Shown here: piece by piece, positions 39,395 to 52,915 of the stretch
Numbering within the stretch: position 1 is the first letter of the stretch
How the letters are laid out: each line of letters opens with the position of its first letter
Assembly: GCA_951406725.2 (NCBI GenBank)
Contig: OX597819.1
Coordinates: 63,488,001-63,552,000, forward strand
DNA from: Octopus vulgaris
Taxonomy: Eukaryota
DNA: 64,000 nucleotides
Direction: 5' to 3'
Position numbers and translations under genes: made by a program
Notes under the pieces: generated by a model
The model's database searches: none
Seen by the model: only the letters and a program-made list of their open reading frames with translations
What the model was told of the DNA's origin: nothing

Positions 39395-39470
39395 CGTAAG
39401 TGAGAGAGTTCATAACATACATGAATTCAAATGCTATTGATACATACATGCATACATATATACATACATA

Positions 39471-39519
<49 letters not shown>

Positions 39520-40064
39520 TTGAGAGCAATAAGAAAATCGGAGGGGATCTATTGATCCCCTCCATTTGGTATTCATCAACTTTTAGACATTATATAATGT
39601 CAATTTATTTATTTACTAAAATGACAATTACAACAATATACATACATGTATGTATATATACACACGCTTCGATGTATGTGTCTAACGTTTATAGTCTACG
39701 CTCTTCTACAGAAAGGAAAGAGAAAAGTAAATAGCAAAAGGAAAATATGTCTGCATTAATGTTTGTACATGCTGAATTACTCTAAGTATGTCCCCACTCT
39801 CTCTCTCCCTCTCTCTATCATATGCAATTATATATGTATACGTATATAAATGTTTGTTGGGTGGCGCACGAAGTATTAGCTCGGGCTACATGGCATAGTG
39901 TAAATACAGAAATAAATTTAGACATACGAAAACCCACCAGCCTTTCGTTTGCATGTCATTCCATTATTTTGACCGCTTGTAACTGCTGAACACACGTGGT
40001 ACGCAAGTCGACGTTAGTTGATGTAAGATTCCACTGAGCGAACGTCTTTGGCATTTCCTGTAAA

Positions 40065-40250
40065 ATGTCTTATGCGACAGAGGAGACAGTCGACATTGTG
40101 AGAGCGTATGTGAGACCGGTTGTGTTAAGAAAACGCGAGAAAGTTTTGAAGGCAATTTTCAAAGTAAAGACTTACCGGTGAAGAAAACGATAGAAATGTT
40201 ATTTGAAGTATGGCTCGCTACTCACTACATTGCACAATGCATCAAAACTA
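40065..40250 (+). mobile_element. Tc1/mariner-type transposase N-terminal HTH remnant
   Basis: MSYATEETVDIVRAY / TGCVKKTRESFEGNF..LPVKKTIEML, with one frameshift. Confidence 0.45.
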
Positions 40251-40909
40251 AATGGCCCTACATTTCGAAGTTATTCAGGTCATTCGGCAAAGGGTTACAC
40301 CAAATTCAGAAAAGTTAACAGGGAAACAGGCGCAGCAGTCTCACATAAGCATGCGGTGATAAAGTCAAAAGTCGAAGTCGTATTGTTTCACATACATATG
40401 TACAGAAATCTTTCCTTCTTTCTTTTTATCTATCTATCTATCTACACATACATCCATGCATGCATGCATGCATACATACATACATACATACATACATACA
40501 TACATACATACATGCATACATACATACATACATGTTTACATACATACATACATACATGCTTATATACATATGTACAAGTGGCGAATGCAAGTGGCCGAAT
40601 GGAGTAACGTTACTTGACAAGGTGCGGAGGTTGGAGAACAGGAATCCCTTCTAGGTTGTGTCTCTATCTCTCGGTGTTGAGAATGCACAACTTTGGTATA
40701 AGGTGTCCTTTCAGCCGATACAAATGGAAGAAGATTTAGGGGTAAACTATAATAAAGGTTGTTAGTTATGTATCCATTGTTCCATTTGGACACACTTGTG
40801 AGTGCAACCGGAAATGTATAATGACAGTTGCTTCAAAAGAGACCCAGTCTGGTAGGTGTCTGAGTGTTTCACTCCATCGGCCTCCCAGGGATAGTGGACA
40901 TATATGTGT

Positions 40910-40944
<35 letters not shown>

Positions 40945-41065
40945 ATGTATAGTGAATTTATGGAATGAAATCCCATAAAACACATCAGTTTAGTTAAAAA
41001 TGGTTGAGACAAATTGTTAAGACATGTAAGAAGTTTAATTCTTGTAGACGATCGTTTCCTACAGT

Positions 41066-41124
<59 letters not shown>

Positions 41125-42277
41125 TGTAATAAAAATAATAATAATAATAATGTAAATTCATGATTGAATCAAATGAAATTAATTAATATCAACGTACTCT
41201 TCAGTGCAGGATTTAGAAACCACAATACAAGGAACTTGAGAAGGAATATAGCAGAAAAATTGGATCTAGGAGATTCATACTTTTATCCGAGTGAGAAGGA
41301 TATTTAAGTGACGTCGGATATTTAAACATAAGGAAACGGCTTCCGCGGTTATTTGAAGATATAAGTAAAGAGGCATACCTTTACTTATACCTCTGTATAG
41401 ATGTGTATGGGAACTGGAAATTTAAGCTCCAAATAAGTAGCGTAGCGCAAATAACTATTAGAAATGTCAAATGGAAAGACACTCCTATGTTTGAATTAAA
41501 ATATAAACTAACCGTTGAAATCATTACGTAGTATTGATTGATTGATTGATTCTAGTTTCAGCTCACGAGCTGTGGCCATGCTGTATTTTTAAAACAATTT
41601 CTATTCATAAGAATGAAGTTTAGCGTGAGGAGGTGGCATATAAAAGTTAATAAGAAATAGATAACGTAAGCAAATGATAGGAGAAACAGAGGGATAAGAA
41701 AGAGTTAAAAAGAGAATATGATGTATATAAGGAACTCATGTTTGCATTAAAAAATCATAGCTAATACGTATTAATGTTAAAGCATAGAAAGTAAAAACAG
41801 AAAAACCGTTGTTAATATTACAATTAAAATTGTATGTACCTGCTGTGTCTATAAAGATGAAGAAAGTGAAATTGAAATTGGAAATAAAGATAGGTATACT
41901 AAAAAAAAAGCTAATAATAAATGTAGGGAAGATAAATGAGCAGAGAAAGAGAAGAGTAAAAAAAAAATTAATTAAGCTCATTTATCTCCCCTGCGTTTAT
42001 TTATTTATTTTATTAGTATACCTATCTTTATTTCCAATTTCAATTTCACTTTTTCATCTTTATAGACACAGAAAGTACATACTGTTTTAATTGTAATATT
42101 AACAATGGATTTTTTTGTTTTTACTTATTTTTTATGCTTTATCATTAATACGTATTTACATAATATGTCTTCGCAAATTTACGTCTGTAATCTCCCAGCA
42201 ACGTAGGAAAAAGCAACTTTAGAAATCTTTTTGGGAAACCTCCAAATTGAAGGACAAATCCACATTCAACCTTTATA

Positions 42278-42359
<82 letters not shown>

Positions 42360-42364
42360 ATAGG

Positions 42365-42408
<44 letters not shown>

Positions 42409-42411
<3 letters not shown>

Positions 42412-42949
42412 CAACAAGGATACGCAGAGGTTATGAATTACGTTTCACGCAACTCCATTTAATTGAACAATGGAATCATTATATCATTTTAAATGCAGAG
42501 CAATCTTCAGCAACACAAAGAAATCGAATTTAATTAAATTAAAACAGATGGACACATTAGTATAGTTTTACCTAAAATCTCCAAGAATTTAAGGAGATAG
42601 ACAAAGAACATGCTGCCTTCCCTTTAGTTTAGAAGCTACTAAGGTATCAGGAAGAAATACATGTTACAGATCATTGCTTGTCACTGTTTTTTATGGGTCA
42701 GTTTTAATTCATAGACTTTTATCAAATCCTTTTATATATAAGGCTGAGAGATCAATGGGCAGTGTCTGTTAGGTGTATGGCTGAGGGAGCAGGCAGAAAT
42801 CATAATGGAGTTACGTGAAACGATCGTACTGCATTACCCCTGGATATCATTGTTGCTTATTTTGATTTTAATCAAATTACTTTGAAATTGTATGGATAAT
42901 GCCGTAGGAAATTCGGGTACCTCATCGTAAGTACAATATATTCATCTGA

Positions 42950-42952
<3 letters not shown>
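42409..42952. mobile_element. Copy of the 18.4-18.76 kb HHR family: inverted segment (about 42409-42805) joined to a sense segment starting just upstream of GAAACGATCGTA, flanked by (TA)n
   Basis: Reverse-complement match to about 18355-18750, then a direct match to 18700-18760 and 13615-13748. Confidence 0.75.
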
Positions 42953-42980
<28 letters not shown>

Positions 42981-43645
42981 ATGGCCTCTCCCATCGTTAG
43001 ACGACGTATGAGGGTCGGCAACTTCTTGCCGAACAACCACACAAGTGATTTATTTACAGCATTCAAATATTTATGTACACATAAGCTCACTCCGTCCATC
43101 GAATGTATATTACCTGTACAGGGGCACCATATGCTACATGGCAGATGATAAAGTGAACGCAGAGCAGCATGAAATGAAGTGCTTTGCTCAAGATCTCAAC
43201 ACAAAGCCAGGTCTGGGAATGGAACCCACTATCGCACAATCGTACGTGCAACTCTCTAATCATTAAGCCTTCACAATATACATATACATATATCTATCTA
43301 TACATACATATATAATCATATATTATCATACATACATAATACATACATATATAAGAAAATGAAATGCCTTTCATCTTTTCGGGGTCGAAAAATTAAGTAC
43401 CAGATGCATACTGGGATCGATATAATCGACTTGCCCACTTCCCAAAGATTTCAGGCCTTGTGCCTAGAGTAGTAAAGAAAACGAAAAAGATTATTAACAG
43501 CAAATTAATCATCATCCCTTACAGCTGTTTTAATTAATACTCAGTAAATATTAAATTTATATGATCTGAGCATATTTTCAGAGGGAAAAAATATACCCTT
43601 GGGTACTCTATATGTGTTTATGGGTTCATTATAGCAGACTGAATG

Positions 43646-43676
<31 letters not shown>

Positions 43677-44479
43677 TGCAGGCACGCACGCACACATATT
43701 GCAGTTAAACATTCCTAACAACTGACATAATCTATAACAGTATTTTGAGATATATAAAGTGAGTGGTGTTTTAGATAGTTACTATGACGCAGTGCTGTTA
43801 AGCAGGCCTCAATATTACATTTGTTTTTATTAGATATCAAATGTCAAATGTGTCACTACACAACTGCGTTCTGATGTCTTGGCCATTTTCCCTTTCTGTA
43901 GAAGGGTCGAAGTTGCGCGACAAGAATCTTGACACCTAATAAATTAAATGTTTCATTTAAAGTGAATTACAGAGTCCGATGCGTTATTAAATGACAACAT
44001 TGGCTGATCCGCGACGTGGTTCCCATATATAAATACAGAAGTAATTTACATGCGTAGAATTCATGCCCATATTATATTAACACCAAGGAACCAAATAGAA
44101 TGAAATAAACAAAAGAAACCGTAATTAATGAACATTTTGAGGCCTGGAATAATATGGTTGCCACTAAATTAACAAATGTTCCTTGATTATAAGCCTCGGT
44201 TAATATTATTATACAATACACCACTATATAATGATTAGGAAATGAATAAGGCGCATTATAGCCACAGAGAATATAGACCAACTCAGTAAAATGTAACAAA
44301 ACTGTAATTATGAGGACATTTGCAAAGCCTTACATAGTAATATATTATGATATGATCTCAATCTTATTTGGTATGTTTTCTAAGTCGATGTCTGAGATCC
44401 CCTTTTGACAATCCATGCTAACGTAGATAGACATTATTAAATGATCAATTAGGTGAACAAGCCTGGAGTCCTACTTACA

Positions 44480-44559
<80 letters not shown>

Positions 44560-44725
44560 CATATTAATTGTTATCGCCATATTAATATGGCATTCTTATA
44601 GATATAAGAATAATCGCTGCCGCTGGTCAGCTCCATGAGGCCACCGCCATCAAGATAGCTATTGATACACGATCTGTATCCATTATAACCTTCGAACGAG
44701 GGAGGTCAGCCGCTTCACACTGCCA

Positions 44726-44785
44726 GTCCGACAGCTACAGACGCGTTTCGGGGTATTGCCCCTTGTCAATGTAGCGCAGTCAGAC
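44726..44785 (-). ncRNA. Type I hammerhead ribozyme, U3-A8 variant (inverted copy)
   Basis: Exact reverse complement of 45215-45274. Confidence 0.85.
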
Positions 44786-45214
44786 CCGCAGGTGTCGCCA
44801 CTGACGTCTCTGTTCGAAGGTTTCTATTTACCTAGTTTCAGTGGAATACATTCACTTGTTTTCAATAATAGAAATATTAAAATATTAAAACGCGTCTGTA
44901 GCTGTCGGACTGACAGTGTGAAGCGGCTGACCTCCCTTGTTCGAAGGTTATAATGGATACAGATCGTGTATCAATAGCTATCTTGATGGCGGTGGCCTCA
45001 TGGAGCTGACCAGCGGCAGCGATTATTCTTATGTCTATAAGAATGCCATATTAATATGGCGATAACAATTAATTTCCAGTAAACGCTGCCGTAATCTCTT
45101 TTATAGAGACTTAGTAATTTTAATATTTCTATTATTGAAAACAAGTGAATGTATTCCACTGAAACTAGGTAAACAGAAACCTTCGAACAGAGACGTCAGT
45201 GGCGACACCTGCGG

Positions 45215-45274
45215 GTCTGACTGCGCTACATTGACAAGGGGCAATACCCCGAAACGCGTCTGTAGCTGTCGGAC
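45215..45274 (+). ncRNA. Type I hammerhead ribozyme with U3-A8 core variant
   Basis: gtctgac-tgc-gctaca-TTGACAA-gggg(caata)cccc-GAAA-cgcg-TC^-tgtagc-t-gtcggac. Confidence 0.85.
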
Positions 45275-45619
45275 TGGCAGTGTGAAGCGGCTGATCTCCC
45301 TTGTTCGAAGGTTATAATGGATACAGATCGTGTATCAGTAGCTATCTTGATGGCGGTGGCCTCATGGAGCTGACCAGCGGCAGCGATTATTCTTATATCT
45401 ATAAGAATGCCATATTAATATGGCGATAACAATTAATTTCCAGTAAACGCTGCCGTAATCTCTTTTATAGAGACTTAGTAATTTTAATATTTCTATATAT
45501 ACATATATATATATATAATGAATGATTCTTTTGCATTTTGTAATAATGCAGGCATGTAAGTAATTAATTTATTATTAAATATAATAATATAAATTATTTA
45601 CATGTTTTTAAGTTACAAA

Positions 45620-48170
45620 AGAATTTGCCTAAATATTAAAATTGTCTCATTGTTAATAAAATTTCGTCAGATACCACAGCAGCCTTCATTCCCTTATGAA
45701 AGGAAATGAAAACATTCAACAACTTGTCAGGAATATCCAGCTTTTTCAGAACTTCCCATAATGTTGCCGGTTAACAATGTCGAAGGCCTTAGAAAGATCA
45801 ATGTATATCAAAAACAACTCTTGATTTTTCTCACGTTCTTTCTCTATGACCTATCGAATGAAGCAGTTCTTGTTGATAGTTTCACCTCCAGAGCGAAATC
45901 TGCACTATGATTCTGGATAGATATCTTTTACAACCTGTTTGATGATCCTGTCGAGAATGAGTCGAGCAAGAATCTTACCAGCAGTAGACAGAAGCGATAT
46001 TCCACGATGTTTATCACAAACACTTCTGTTTCCTTTGTTCTTATAAGGGTTTTGAATTGAGGCATCCTTGAAGCCTACCATACAAATGTTTATTCAAGAA
46101 GTCATGCAGTTTCTTAAAAAGCTTTTGTCCACCGTGCTTTTAGATTTCTGGACGGACAGCATCCCTACCAGAACTTTACCAGAAGAGGTCTATTTAATAG
46201 AGTTTACCACTTCCAGGAAAATTGACACCAGAGACTGTTCCAATATTTCAGTGTGCTGTGGAATAGACATTATGACGTCTTCATTAGTGACTGAGGTGGA
46301 GTTCGACACGGCTTCGAAATGTTCTTTGCATCGTGTCAGGATGACAGATTTGCCACTCAGCAGTGTCTTTCTATTCGATGAAAACATAGGATTAACACCG
46401 TGATCTTGAGGACCGTACACTTTCATGAGGCTTTCATAAAAAGATTTAGAATGCTACCTGCTTGCAGGTTCTTGCAGTTCAGTAGCCTTGAAAGACCACG
46501 AAGCCTCCTTCATTTGTCTTAGAGGACGTTGGCTCTGGCATCTCTGCATTTCTTGTATGCATTCTCTTTTCTGGATGAGCTCTCATCATTTATCCATGTT
46601 TTGTGAGAGATGTGCATTTTATCTATCAGCTGTTGGACATTTGTGTTTTTATCATTGAACCAATCTTGATGTTTACGAACAGGAAGTCCAAGAATCTCCA
46701 TCGATGCGGTGTGCGTTGCATCACGCAGAATATTCTAAGTTGATTCTATGTCATCATTGATATCAACAGTGTTGAGTGCAATGTCCATCTTGATAGAGAG
46801 CTCAGCCTGCTGTGAAACAGTTTTCGAAAGCAGAACTTTACTGCGCTTAGGCACTCATGACTTTTGTAGTCTTGTGTGTTTCAGATGGAACGTAGCCTTG
46901 CTACAGAGAAGAGAGTGGTCAGAGAGATAGCAGGTTTTATGAAAGGAACGCGTAATGTTAAAATACGTAATATCTCTCGTTTCTGAGTGATAACATAGTG
47001 TATGAAATGCAAATCCTTTGATCTAAGATGCATCCAGGTGGTCTTGCAACAATTTAGCTGTTGAAAAACAGTAAATGCGATGCTTAGACTGAATTCCCTA
47101 CAGTTAGAAAGCACAAGCAGACCGATGGAGTTCCTTCAAACTACACCATGGCGACCAAGTACACCCATCCATACCTCATAGTCAGTACCAACACGTTAAA
47201 AACGCCCATAAGGATAAGTTTATCCCTGTGGTGACAACTGGCGATGATATTATGTTTGTAAAATTCATCCTTTTCCTACTCGGTGATGGCCATGGGTGGG
47301 GTAGAGCAGCTGACAAGCATAGCACAAAATTTGTGATCAAGTTCAAAAGTTATGTCATGATGCGATTAGAAATATCGTTGGGTAGAGAAAGAAGGGATCT
47401 AGCTATTTCTGTTTTGATAGCAACACCAACACCAAAGTGGCGTGGCTCGTTTTCAGTTCTCCCACACCAGAGAAATACGTATTCACATTTACTTCTAACT
47501 GTCATGATCCTGCAAGACGAGTTTCACTGAGTGCAGCTATACCAAAGTTGTATTTCTTTAGGTCAAGGGCAGCCGGTGCTGTTTTTCGTTCTGGTGCTGA
47601 GTGACTATCTTGGAGAGAGCGCACATTCCAAAACCAAAGTTAATATTCTTAGATCTCTTCATGTTTGGAATGCGTTACTGAATAACGAGACAGCTGCAGC
47701 GGGCTGCCAAGTTTGAGGTGAGTAAGCAACATTTGGGCTCCTTTTCTCGTCCTTCCTCTATTGAGGAAAGCAGTGCTGTTTCTAAATAAACCTGCTTTAT
47801 CATCACTGGATGACACGGACAGCACACCTACTCGCAGGTTCTGTGCTAGAACGGCCATCAACAAAAGTTTGCCGATTGTGTAGAGAACCAGTAAGAGACT
47901 TCCAGTAATATCCTTTACCTGTCCCTGCCGCTTTCACTCTCTCACCAGAAGACTTTTCGATTCCTGAAATTTGAAGATTGGCCATTTCGAATGAATAAAT
48001 GTAAATTGTCAGAAAACCCATATCTAGGATTTGATATGAGTGTTGAAGGCTTGTGTAGAACTAGCCACACTTATTTGTAGTACTGATAGCAAGAGAAAGG
48101 TTTTATACCAGTTTCCCTCACATGGATGGGATGCCTTCACGACTGTTAAGGAGCCCCATCTGCCCCCTAA
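45620..48170 (-). mobile_element. Decayed RTE-clade LINE (5' region, APE remnant and N-terminal part of RT)
   Basis: RKHQDWF, KVYGPQ, YKNKGNRSVCDKHRGISLLSTAGKILAR, IDLSKAFDIVNR on the minus strand. Confidence 0.85.
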
Positions 48171-49323
48171 TATATGGAATTAAATACATCAAATTTAAGA
48201 AAAGAAAAATATATATATACACATACACATATAGTTGGATGGACGTTGATTACTCATGAGTTCCTCCTCCCTTTATGAGAAGTTTTAATTTTCGTCCCGC
48301 AGGGTATTCAACAATTACCTTCCTCACCAACTAAGCCTGGAGGGGTTACCAGTATAGTCAGAGACGACCCGATCTTGTAACAGGTTGTACTGGGTTACAT
48401 GTTACCATTAGCGAACTAGCGCGACTAATAGCACCGTGAGCGACCTGACTTTTTGGGACGCAACCTTGCAGTACGCAGCAATTCCCACAAATAATTTGGT
48501 TGATCTGGTGGTGTTTGGGGGATGAGTAGAGCAAGAGAGATAGAGAAACGTGAGCAAGATATAATTCTCTGAGTATTGAATTAAAGAAAAAGAGAAAAAA
48601 TTGCATGTTGCTTTTCTCTCTTTTTTTCTCTCAATTTCTTTAATTCATTACCCAGAGAACAATATCTTCGAGCTTTCTCACGTTTCTGCATCACTCTCCT
48701 TCTCCATTTCTCTATATCTTCCAGCTTGTTGGTTCGTAAGTCACAGTCTAGATAGCTTTACATTCCTCCGTCTCTCCCTCTCGTTTTCTCTGTCTTTCTC
48801 CTTCTCTAACTCTCTATCGTTGTCCTGTCGGACTTAGAAACTTTTGAAAAGTAATCTTGTTCTTTTTCCTTCGCTAGACTAATTCTTTCTAAAACAGAAA
48901 CTAATTACTATACGCATACATGCCTATATCCTTTGCAGACTAGTGTGGTCGTCTTTGAAAAAATACACATACACACACACACACACATTAGTAATAATCT
49001 ATGAATATCATTTGGTGTCCATAGCGAAACGAATATAAAATTTGTCAACTATGCTATGATTAGTAGCCTGGCATGAAAAGGTGACAATTAATAAGTCAGT
49101 GTTGTACACCTGTCATTCACAGAATGATACCATGAATGTCCAGAATAAGGTGATGCAATTATTCATCATTATAATGTCGCCAACGTGAAACTAGAAGAAC
49201 ATCATGGATGTCTGAAAAATCAAACATAAAAGCTGAAGAGAAAGGGCACAGATGTGTCTAATACATACATTGGTACATACATACACACACATATATACAT
49301 ACATGTGTATGTACTTATATATA

Positions 49324-49372
<49 letters not shown>

Positions 49373-49859
49373 GGGAAAACTTAAAACAGAAGATACAAAT
49401 CTACATATGCACGAACTCTAAATAATGCACACATACACATACATGCACAAATACCCTATTGATGTTGTCTAAATTCCAATGAAAATACTTGCATCTGTGT
49501 AAGAAACCAGTCTTTCTCTAATGGTAAGAAATTTAGAAATAAAGCAGAATTGTAATCTACATACATGCAACATATATACATATACAGACCCATATATTTC
49601 GCTCAATAAACACTCACAACGCCCGGTCTGGGAATCGAAACCGCGATCCTACGACCGCGAGTCCGCTGCCCTAACCGCTGGGCCATTGCGCCTCCACATA
49701 TTCATATATATTTATGCAATACCAACAGTTGTGTCGCTTTATATATATATATTCCGAACTAGGACGAACGACTACTATGTCTAGCAGATAGGTATAACCA
49801 GTACCGAGGAAGCGTAATACCCAGAACCATACGCTCTCCTATGCTGCGTGATGTCTCTG

Positions 49860-50275
49860 CAATGCAAGTCGTTGTCATGCTTCTGCACCGTCCTTGGAAC
49901 ATTGTAATCTATACACGATATCCTTAACCTTACAGTCAAGGTTTATCGTATATACAATACAATTGTTTTCCGTACAAGTGGACCTGTTGGATGTATAAGT
50001 TCTACAGTTCAGGGATTTTATAGGGGCACCAGGCCTTTCTACTACTTTAATCCGTTGAGTGAACTTATCTAATGCTTTTCTGAACATGACACTGGTATTT
50101 TTGGTTTTCATACCATAAGTTGGCTTTATCATTTTTCTGTACTTTTTGTGCTGTTTCAGGATTTATTCCTAGATTGCGGGCAGATCCCATTTGCATCACT
50201 CTCTATGATGGCTTTGTACTTAACCGTACATGCGGAACACTTTTGCAAAGAATTTTTGTGCCCATCTAGTCGCCT
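49860..50275 (-). mobile_element. Penelope-like element ORF fragment (linker and start of GIY-YIG endonuclease)
   Basis: IKVVERPGAPIKSL..C...NC......DCKVKDIVYRLQC fits the PLE linker plus the C-x4-(I/V)VY-x3-C start of GIY-YIG. Confidence 0.65.
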
Positions 50276-50287
50276 ATATATGTATAT

Positions 50288-50520
50288 CTATTTCCTTACT
50301 ACCCACAAGGGGCTAAACACAGAGGGGACAAACAAAGACAGACGTAGGTATTAAGTCGATTACATCGACCCCAGTGCGTAACTGGTACTTAATTTATCGA
50401 CCCCGAAAGGATGAAAGGCAAAGTCGACCTCGGCGGAATTTGAACCCAGAACGTAGCGGCAGACGAAATACGGCTAGGCATTTCGCCCGGCGCGCTAACG
50501 TGTCTGCCAGCTCGCCGCCT
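50288..50520 (-). mobile_element. SINE family C
   Basis: Reverse complement of 32912-33146. Confidence 0.85.
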
Positions 50521-51982
50521 ATATATGTATATCGTCTTATACTTTGCCCTCCCGGATCCGGTAGAAAGACATAACATATTCCAACAGATCATGTCTCATA
50601 AATCAAAGACTTATTTACCAAATCTATGCTCTGTGAAGAAGATGTGGATGCGAGTTTGTATATTTATATATGAAAAGTGATTTGCTTACAAAATTTACTA
50701 GCCCTATACGTGCATGTATACCTACAAAGAATAGGTAAAAATTGCAATATGCACTAGAATATATCACAGGATCAAAGGGTCATTAATGGGGTAAGCCAGT
50801 TAAAATGACGCTGTGGGCAGAGATGTCGATAAGAAAATAACATTTTGCTTAGCACATAGGATTCGTAGATGAAGAGGACGAAGAAATTCAAAAGAAAATC
50901 CTTATAGCGGCTTCAACAGGATCACGAATCATACATAAAAACTTTTTTGAGTCCAATAGCGTAACCACATATCATACACGGACACATAGGCACGAACGTC
51001 TGCAGAAAAATACGACTATACCTTCTTATGCAAGTATATGTTGGAGTATATATACGTGTCCGTTGGAGTATATATACGTGTATGTATTTATTCTAATATA
51101 CACATCCACACACATATATAATATCCTTAGAGAAACATCGATGTATGTGCACAATTTCGCACGTATGTATGTATGTATACGTTTGCTAATTGCGTTATCT
51201 TCACATTTCATACACTACCTTATGTAAGGTGTTTCTCCATGTACCCACATACGTACATACATACTTAGACATACTGCAAAGCACAATGGTGCATACTCTG
51301 ATAAATATATACCCGTAGAATTAACTGAAACTATAAAATTACCTCCTAAAACACTCACTCTCTCACGGGAAAATCCCGATAGTGACTGAACGGTGAAATG
51401 CAAACAATCATATATATATATATATATATATATACATATGTATATGTAAATATATATGCATATGTATATATATATATATGTATATATACTTATCTAACAA
51501 TATACTATCATTTATATGGCTAAAAATGCTTGTATATTGATATATATATTAATATATATATATTTATATACATATATATATGTGTGTGTAGTGTATATAT
51601 ATATATATATATATACAAATATTTATACTTCGAGTATATATCAACTTAGTTTTGGATGGTTGGTTAAATTTTTTGCCGCCTCAAAATACCAACCAGCCAC
51701 TATTTTCTGTTTAATGATGTAGAAATATTCAATGTTGTGAAAGGTGTAGTTTCCATTCAAGGTGATTTACTCGTTCGTTTTCTATTTCTTGTTTAGTATC
51801 AGTCCCCGGATTTCACACACCACTGTTCACACAATCCGATTAAGAGAGTGGACAACATACACACACACACCAATACACCTACACAGTCATTATTCAATGT
51901 GCTATATATATATATATATATATAATAAATAATACATATATATATGTGCATGTATATATGTATACATGTATATGTATGTTTA

Positions 51983-52048
<66 letters not shown>

Positions 52049-52049
52049 G

Positions 52050-52144
<95 letters not shown>

Positions 52145-52858
52145 ACTATTGTGGCGAAATCCACTTTTGTTTCCTTATCTCCATCTTTTGCTGCATAGCT
52201 ATTTCACATAATTTCCTTTAGGTTGTATTTTTTTTTATGGCAGTATTTTGCGTTAATGTGTACAATTGTAGCTGCCATTTCCGTACAGTTTGTTTGTCTG
52301 TTTTTATTCGTTCGTATTTTATGGTTTTATAGAATTTCTTGCTCAAAAACCCTCCAAACATTTTAGGTCAGATTGACTCTCTTTAGATCCGGGCATTACG
52401 CCTTTGAAAAAAGATAACTAGCCTCACTACAAAAATAAATATGAATCAGCGTGGTACGTTGGCTTGTTATTGGTGAATAGTGGGTGGATCATATGATAAC
52501 CTTTGGAAAGAAATATCTTTCCACTATATAATATATTTATTTCTAGCTGATGGGAAGATAGATATTAAATTTCTACCTTACGCATCATTCAAATACGTTT
52601 CTTTTTAATATATTTTCATCTATTCATTCTCTTATTGAATATTATATTCAGTATACGTGATATATTTACATCCACATGCAAGCCAATTATACTCAGTTAT
52701 TTCGATTTGATTTATTATATAATATTCTGTTTACCGTATATTATTGATCTTACACAGATAGTAAATAAAGCAATTACCATCATTATTTTTTCTTCTATAC
52801 ATACATATACATACATAGATACATACATACATACATACATACATACACACGCACGTAT

Positions 52859-52915
<57 letters not shown>

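Larger units (their letters stand above)
44563..45496. mobile_element. Second retrozyme-like family, 364-bp unit: inverted segment 44563-44883 followed by about 1.7 sense units 44888-45496, inserted in (CA)n/(TA)n
   Basis: cgcgtctgtagc occurs at 44891 and 45255 (period 364). Segment 44563-44883 is the reverse complement of the unit. Confidence 0.88.

Noticed and set aside
48080-48450. HDV-like ribozyme at the LINE 5' end
   Set aside because: I could not trace the nested double pseudoknot by eye.
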